A program made the position numbers and the translations under genes. Shown piece after piece: positions 55,525 to 64,000 of a stretch of 64,000 bases of DNA; within the stretch, counting starts at the first letter, position 1, and every line of letters begins with the position of its first letter. The notes under the pieces were generated by a model. The model was not told where the DNA came from and made no database searches. It worked only from the letters and a program-made list of their open reading frames with translations. This DNA is from the human T2T-CHM13v2.0 reference genome, Homo sapiens: assembly GCF_009914755.1 (NCBI RefSeq), contig NC_060926.1; one strand, given 5' to 3'.

Positions 55525-55700
55525 TGGAGTCAAAGCTGCATTCCAGTTGCAGCTCTGGCACCTAATAGCTGGGGGGTCTTGAGCAAGCTTCTAAACCTTC
55601 TGAACCTGGGTTCCTCATTTCTGAAATGGGGCTAAAACTACACAAGCAAAAAATGTTATGAGGAGTATAAGGACGTGTGAAATACTAAGGCAGGAAAATT
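55525..55700 (+). mobile_element. MIR
   Basis: ggagtcaaag...ctctggcacctaatagctgg...cttgagcaagcttctaaaccttctgaacctgggttcctcatttctgaaatgggg. Confidence 0.8.
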
Positions 55701-57080
55701 GTAACATTTCAATGAATAGCAGCTGCTACTTGAAAAAAAAAGCTTTCCCTGTGCCCAGTGCATCTCTGGATGAGATGTCTCCCTCATATGTAAATTTTTT
55801 AAAGTCCAGCAAACAATTTAAATTCTCATTTCCTCTCAGGTAGCTACTCTGCTAGAAATAGACCAACCACACAGTTCAACAACTATGCAATTACACATCA
55901 TTTGGTTTAGGAAGATGATGCCACAGATGCATCCTCACTTTAAAATTCTCAGGTGCCTGGCAAAGGATGCTGCTTTTAGAGACCTGCCCTCCATCAGGGT
56001 GGCTGCTGGCGCCCTGCACAGACCACTCGGATAGAGGCAGCTGTGAATGGACAGGAACAAGGGCTTAATGGACCTTCCATTTAAAAGCAGCCTCAATGAA
56101 CACAAAAACTGAGAATGAGAAAGGCCTCTGGGTCAAATCTAACTGAGGAACACATACTTTATGACAACAGGTTTCACAGACGCTAGATCCAACATTCATC
56201 GGACCACTGGAACTTAGAGAAGAACAAACACGTGCCCTGCCCCCTCCCTGGTGCTTACAAACACCCATCAGGACAGGGCTTTGTCCCCTGTGTGTGCACC
56301 TCAGTCCCAGGCCTCCTTGCTTTTCTGCTACGGTACGAAGATTGCTAGGAGCCATGAGGGGTTTTGCTTACTATTTCTATTTCCCGGGACACTGAAGTCC
56401 GCTTCCGATCACAGTGAGGCGCAGGGAGGGTTGAATGCAAAGGACTAGATATTCAAGTGCTGGCTAAAAGGCTTTTTCATTTTTATATGAAGAGAAAATA
56501 AAACAACAACAACTGCATTTTCACATTATGCTACTTCTGTCTTTTTCTTAGGCAAATGTATGCTAATTGTAGTGATTTTTATCTATTTTCTGACCGAGGA
56601 AAATAGAAGACTGCTGTGGGTTGGGGTTGATTCTAGTAGCAAGGGTACAAGAGATATCCGGTGGCCAGGATTTGCCATCCCCAGTAACCTTGGGTGTACC
56701 TCTCCATCACCCAAGGTAACTCCGCCCGAGGTATCCAGCCCACTGACTGTTCATCCCCGTGTCCCTGCCTGACCCCTGTCATTCCACTGGGCCTCGGATC
56801 TAAGTGTTCCACGATCTCCAGCACTTCTCGCTCCGTGGCCCCGGCTCCTGGCCTCCACACACTCTTCCCTTACCAACGTTAACCCTCCACGGATTTTGTC
56901 TATCACTAGGTCCAGCCCTGATACCTGTCTTCAGCCCCAGCTGAATGGGCAGAGTGTCCCAACCTGACCTTCAAGTCTGTGTGTGGGGTTGAAAAAGAAG
57001 AGGACTTTCCCCCTTCCCCTTCTCTCCAGGGTTCTCACCACGGCAGTACCCTACGCAGTGGAAGTTAGAAGCCTCTGCCC

Positions 57081-57148
57081 CAACTGAACCCCACCTCCCT
57101 CACACTCATCCATTCAGCTGAACCCCAACTCCCTCACACTCATCCATT
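57081..57148 (+). repeat. 34-bp tandem duplication
   Basis: ca(a/g)ctgaacccca(c/a)ctccctcacactcatccatt x2. Confidence 0.85.
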
Positions 57149-57279
57149 CCTTTCTACCACACCCCGCATCACCTGTCTCTCATGGCTTCCTGTAGTGTCT
57201 TGACTTACCTCTGCCTCTGACCTCAATTCATCTTGCACATCATATTCGATCCACTTCTAAAAAGTCATTTAAGGTCTCT

Positions 57280-57830
57280 AAATGTGTACTCGGTTTCCTT
57301 ATGGGTAGAAGTGGGCATCAACAGCACCTATCTCATAGGGCAGTTATGAGAATTAAAACAGGTTAGGGGTATCGGGCACCTGGGATAGTGTCCAGCACAC
57401 AGTAATGAACTCAAATATCAAATATTTTTGCAGTTACTGCTGGAAGTCCTGCTGTGGCCACGTCACACTCCATTAAAAACCTTCAATTGCTCCCTGCTGC
57501 TTACAGAGTAATTAGCTCAGGACTCAGGGTCCTTTTTTCCATCTGCCTCAAGTCACTTTTTTTTCCTAAACTTTATCTCTTCAAATTACTCCTTTTTCTC
57601 TTCAAATATCTTTTGCTCTGGCTAAAGCCTGCTCAGTTCAAATCTGGAATTGAACTGTCTTGGGTTCAAATCTCCACTCTAACCACTTATGAGCCTTCTC
57701 GGGCAAGTTATTTTAATGCTGCAGGCCTTAGTTTTCTTATGAGGAAAAAAGTTTTCTTATGAGGAGGATTAGATGGGATAATGTGGGTGAGGCCTCAGTC
57801 AAGGGCATGGCAACGCAGTTAAAGGTTGAT
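57280..57830 (+). mobile_element. Two MIR fragments (~57280-57420 and ~57650-57830) interleaved with L2-like pieces
   Basis: acctatctcatagggcagttatgagaattaaa...gtgtccagcacacagtaa; tgggttcaaatctccactctaaccactta...gggcaagttatttta. Confidence 0.65.
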
Positions 57831-60642
57831 TACTCTTCCTCTCTTCCACCTGTTTTGGTTTTGTTTTCTAACTTTTGTGCTATATCTCTGCCTAAAACTT
57901 CCCTCTCTGCACAGATAAACCTGTCCTTCAAGGCTCAACTCAAATGTCACCTTCTCCATGTGGGTTTACTTGAAACCCACCCACTAATTTCCTTCCCCCA
58001 CCAAATACCTACGGCGCATCATGCTATTCTTGGACACAACAGCAAAAGCTCCCGTGTGCTTGCCCTATGTCCTACACTTGACTGACAACATTTGTGGACA
58101 GGCCCCACGTCTGATTCATCTTTGAGTTCTCCACACGGTCCTGCATATAGCAGAAACTTGGTAAATATTTGCTGAGTGAAAGAACAAATTTTTGGAGCAA
58201 AGGCAAGAGGGAGTTCCAAGCTTTGAAGACTACGGAACCAGCACTGTAGTATAACTGAGCAACAGGACAGAGATGGGTTTGTCCTGGGACATACTAGAGA
58301 AGTAAAGAATTTTTTTATTCCAAAGGAGCAGTGAAGCCAAACTATACAAAGTGAAGTGAAGCCAGCTTCCCCTGTCTCCTCCAAGTGAAGCATGGCCGCC
58401 TCCCCAGAGCCAAGGGTGTTGCCATTTTAAACAAATAAGTCACCCTGCTCTGATGCAAACAGCCCTCAGTGCTTCAGTCCTGAAGGGAGGGACTCTTGTA
58501 TACCATGCACTTGAAAAATTAGATCTTTGTTTCCAAGAGGCTATTCTAAACTTCTAACCAGGCCTGTCTGCTTAGCAATCTCCTTAAAAGCATGTGCTGG
58601 TAGCAAGTACAGCTGCATTCTTAATCACTTACACCCCACAACCAACTAAAGATAGCTTGAGGAGGTCTGCCATATGCCAAATTCTTCTTTTAAATAAGAA
58701 CACAAGAATCGTTCATGAAAAAAAAAAATTCAGTCATAGCCATCAGAAAAGGGAAAAGGAAAAAGATTTGACTTTTCTCTCCTTGTTTTGAATGAAATAC
58801 CAAAGTAGAAAAATTTTGATAAAGAAACAGATACACACTACATCTTGGCACCAGGCTTATGCATCTGCATGGCCTGGCCTCTGAGACCCCTATCACAGTA
58901 TTTACTCCTGAGTACCCTGAAAATGACTCAGGCCTGTCACAAGTTAGCCACAGACAGCGCCAAGTAATAAACCCAGCCCTCACCGCCCCCATCCTGAACA
59001 AATGAGCAGGGTTAACTTTTCTCACTGGCAACCAGAATGGGTTGTGGCTTATGACATGTCTCTCTTTTTCCTTTTTACCTAAACCCTACTAATCACTCAA
59101 AGCAAAGCTCAATTCCTTTCTCTTCTGTCAAGCTTTTCACAACTACCTAAACCAAGATAATTTCTTGGTCCATCACTAGGTCCAACCCTGCCCAGCTGTG
59201 GGCAGAATGTCCCAACCTGACCCTTCACATTTCTACAATCTGTTTCTAGCATCACTTTTTTTTTTTTTTTTGCCCTTTACTCACAATACAAGGTAACATA
59301 TGTATAATCCACAGACCCAGGCCTTTCTAAATAGATTGCCCACTTCCTGAAGACAGGAGCCTCATCTTAGCTAGACTCCTTTAGACATATCCCCCACTCC
59401 AAAGTACCTGAGCTACATGGATGAGTAGAATCGATATTGTGAAAATGACCATACTGCCAAAAGCAATCTACAAATTCAATGCAATTCCCATCAAAATACC
59501 ACCATTATTCTTCACAGAACTAGAAAAAAAAATCCTAAAATTCACATGCAATCAAAAAAGAGCCTGCATAGCCTAAGCAAGACTAAGCAAAAAGAACAAA
59601 TCTGGAGGCAACCTATTACCTGATTCCAAACTATACTGTAAGGCCATAGTCACCCAAACAGCATGGTAGTGGTATAAAAATAGGCACATAGACCAATGGA
59701 ACAGAATAGAGAACCAAGAAATAAAACCAAATACTTGCAGACAACTGATCTTTGACAAAGCAAACAAAAACTTAAAGCAGAAAAAGAACACCCTATTCAA
59801 CAAATGGTACTGGGATAATTGGCAAGCCACATGTAGAGAATGAAACTGGATCCTCATCTCTCATCTTATACAAAAATCAACTCAAGATGGACCAAAGACT
59901 TAAATCTAAGGCTTGAAACCAAAAAGATTTTAGAAGATAACGTTGGAAAAACCCTTCTAGACATTGGCTTAGGCAAAGACTTCATGACCAAGAACCCCAA
60001 AGCAAATGCAACAAAAACAAAGATATATGGGACTTAAACTTAAAAAGCTTCTGCACAGCAAAAGAAACAATCAGCACAGTTAGCAGACAACCCGCAGAGT
60101 GGGAGAAAATCTTCACAATCTATACATCCAACAGAGGACTAATATCCAGAATCTATAAGAACTCAGCGAGAAAAAAAAAATCCCATCAAAAAGTGGGCTA
60201 AGGACGTGAATGAACAATTCTCAAAAGAAGATATACAAATGGCCAACAAGCATATGGAGAAATACTCAACATCACTAATTATCAGGGCAATGCAAATCAA
60301 AACCACAATGAGATACCACCTCACTCCTGCAAGAATGGCCATAATCAAAAGATCCAAAAATAATAGATGTTGGTGTGGATGTGCTGAAAAGGGAACACTT
60401 TTACACTGTTGGTGGGAATGTAAACTAATACAACCACTATGGAAAACAGTGTGGAGATTCCTTAAAGAACTAAAAGCAGAACTGCCATTTGGTCCAGCAA
60501 TCCCACTACTGGGAAAAGAAGTCATTATATGAAGAAGATACTTTCACATTCATGTTTATAGAAGCACAATGCGCAACTGCAAAAATATGGAACCACCCCA
60601 AATGCCTATCAACCAACAAGTGGATAGAGAAAATGTGGTATA

Positions 60643-61325
<683 letters not shown>

Positions 61326-62145
61326 TTAACTGGAAACTATTATTCTAAGTGAAGTAACTCAGGAATGGAAAACCAAACATCATATATTCTCACTCATATG
61401 TGGGAGCTAAGCTATGAGGACACAAAGGCATAAGAATCATACATTGGACTTTGGGGACTTGGGGGAAAGGGTGGGGATGGCAAAGGATAAAAGATTACAC
61501 ATTGGGTACACTGTATATTGCTCAGGTGATGGGTGTACCAAAATCTCAGAAAATACCACTAAAGAACTTATTCATGTAACCAAACACCACCTGTTCCCCC
61601 AAAACCTATTGAAATATAAAAATTAAAAAACAAAAAAACAAAAACCCCCAACAAAGTACCTGAGCTAGTCTCAGCACTGCAGGGTATACACAGGTATAAA
61701 CTCTTCTCCAATGAAGTTACTGATACTCAATCCTTCTGACATCAAATTCAGTGATTACCTATTAGTTTTCTGAGGTTTAGCTCTTATATTATTCTGGTCC
61801 CTCCACAATCCTCCCCCTCAATCCTTCTTAAATAGTTATATGACACTTTTAACTAAGTCAAGATTTGGTGATAAAACTTATGATTATATAAATATTCAGG
61901 GCCAACCCTGGAATAGCCCATGGTTATATTTTCTTTCTTATAACTTTCTGCTTTATTCCTATATTAAATATTGCCTCCCTGTTTACTTTTGCTTAGTTTT
62001 CTATGTGTGAATTATTGTTTCATCCACAAATAGGGCCAGAAAAAAACAAGTTGTCAGAGAAACTGAAAAACTATTCTCTCAATAGGATCAAAAGCATTTT
62101 TGCTTGATGCCATCCCTTCTGGGACCGTTGGCCCTCATCCCCCAT

Positions 62146-62214
62146 CTTTTTTATCCTCATAGGTTACTGGGGTACAGGTGGCATTTGGTTACATGAGTAA
62201 GGTCTTTAGTGGTG
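62146..62214 (-). mobile_element. Very short L1PB/L1MA 3' end
   Basis: Reverse complement caccactaaagaccttactcatgtaaccaaatgccacctgtaccccagtaacctat; ccccat(c/g)tt on both flanks. Confidence 0.75.
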
Positions 62215-62613
62215 GCCCCATGTTCCATCTAGGCCGACTGTGCTCAGGGCCTCAGTGTGTGGGCTGGGGTATGGGGGTTCTTCCCTTCCTTTCTGTTCTG
62301 TGTTCGTCCCTATTTCCTAGATTCTTTGGTGTTCTCTCTCTCCTTTTCCTTTCTTGCTCTGATGGAAGGTCCTTTCACGTCCTGTTTCTGGTTCAGTCCT
62401 GAATCTGGAATCCAGAATTCAGGATTCTGCAGCAAAAACTCCAGCTATCCCACCTTCAGCTTTGCGCCACCCACCCTGGAAGGCAGTTCAGTTCTAGCGT
62501 TCTCTGCTCTACTAAATTCACACGCTGGCCTTCCATCTTACAAGATTTGGTTGGTATTTCTCTGGGAAGTTTCTGGGCTTATACTGTTTTTATTCCTTAT
62601 CATCATTTTAAAA

Positions 62614-62920
62614 TTTTTATTAGTTTTTTTGAGACAGAGTCTCACTCTGTCGCCTAGGCTGGTATGCAGTGGTGTGATCTTGGTTCACTGCAACCTCTGC
62701 CTCCCAGGTTCAAGTGATTCTTCTGCCTCTACCTCCTGAATAGCTGGAACTACAGACGTACCACACCACGCCTGGCAATTTTTTTTTTTTTTTATTTCTT
62801 AGTAGAGACGTGGTTTCACCACGTTGGCCAGGCTGGTCTTGAACTCCTGACCTCAAGTGATCCACCCGCCTCAGCCTCCCAAAGTGCTGAGATTACAGGT
62901 GTGAGCCACTGCGCCCAGCC
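62614..62920 (-). mobile_element. AluS
   Basis: Reverse dimer. Confidence 0.94.
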
Positions 62921-63113
62921 CCTTATTTCCATTTTACAGTTTTGGGAGGAAGCAGAGATATATACACTTGTTCAGTTTACCAGAAGCCTGCTGAATGGGA
63001 ACTTGCAGCTTAGCAAGAAGACCCCCCCAGGTGACTCACATGCATATCAAATGTTTACAAACAGATTTACAGTTAGTTGCCATGTCTCATACCATTTTTT
63101 TTTTTCCTGGTAG

Positions 63114-63507
<394 letters not shown>

Positions 63508-63572
63508 TTAGTTAACTATATGCTAACATCTACACTACTCAGATTATAAATTGTAAAACGATCAGAATATTA

Positions 63573-63579
63573 GCGCGCG

Positions 63580-63628
<49 letters not shown>
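63573..63628. repeat. Compound (GC)8(AC)20 alternating purine-pyrimidine microsatellite
   Basis: gcgcgcgcgcgcgcgc at 63573-63588, then AC x20 to 63628. Confidence 0.95.
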
Positions 63629-63630
<2 letters not shown>

Positions 63631-63717
63631 GTTAATTTGTCTTAGGTAATTCTAAAGGAACACAGGTTTCATCACCAGGAGGATCAGGTATTTCATACAG
63701 GCTTGTCTGTGCAGGGA

Positions 63718-63972
<255 letters not shown>

Positions 63973-64000
63973 AATGCTATTGGGGATCTGGATCACTGAG

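Overview
Great-ape genomic DNA, almost all intron of SPRED2, which runs on the minus strand. The window holds SPRED2 coding exon 2 (6403-6580, N-terminal EVH1 domain) and the alternative first coding exon giving the MASPGS- N-terminus (CDS 28274-28290), with a TATA box and an ETS/AP-1 palindrome upstream. A further 71-nt candidate exon (39253-39323) is in frame with exon 2. The canonical first exon (MTEETHPDD) and exons 3 onward lie outside the window. The rest is a typical primate repeat landscape: about 28 Alus or Alu monomers, an L1PB with a perfect target-site duplication (TSD), old L1M/L2/MIR fragments, hAT DNA transposon relics and micro/minisatellites. The window opens inside an SVA with a 20-bp SINE-R deletion that I recall as diagnostic of the chimpanzee SVA_PtA lineage, so the source is probably Pan rather than human; this SVA also looks A-to-G shifted against the consensus as I recall it. 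Local oddities include a templated insertion of flanking DNA into an Alu next to a tight inverted-Alu pair, a trimeric Alu within one TSD, a ~60-bp dispersed duplication, a perfect DR4 made by a 10-bp duplication, and a (GC)8(AC)20 tract. I see no prokaryotic system, CRISPR array or novel protein-coding gene. Repeat subfamily calls come from remembered consensus features and their boundaries are approximate.
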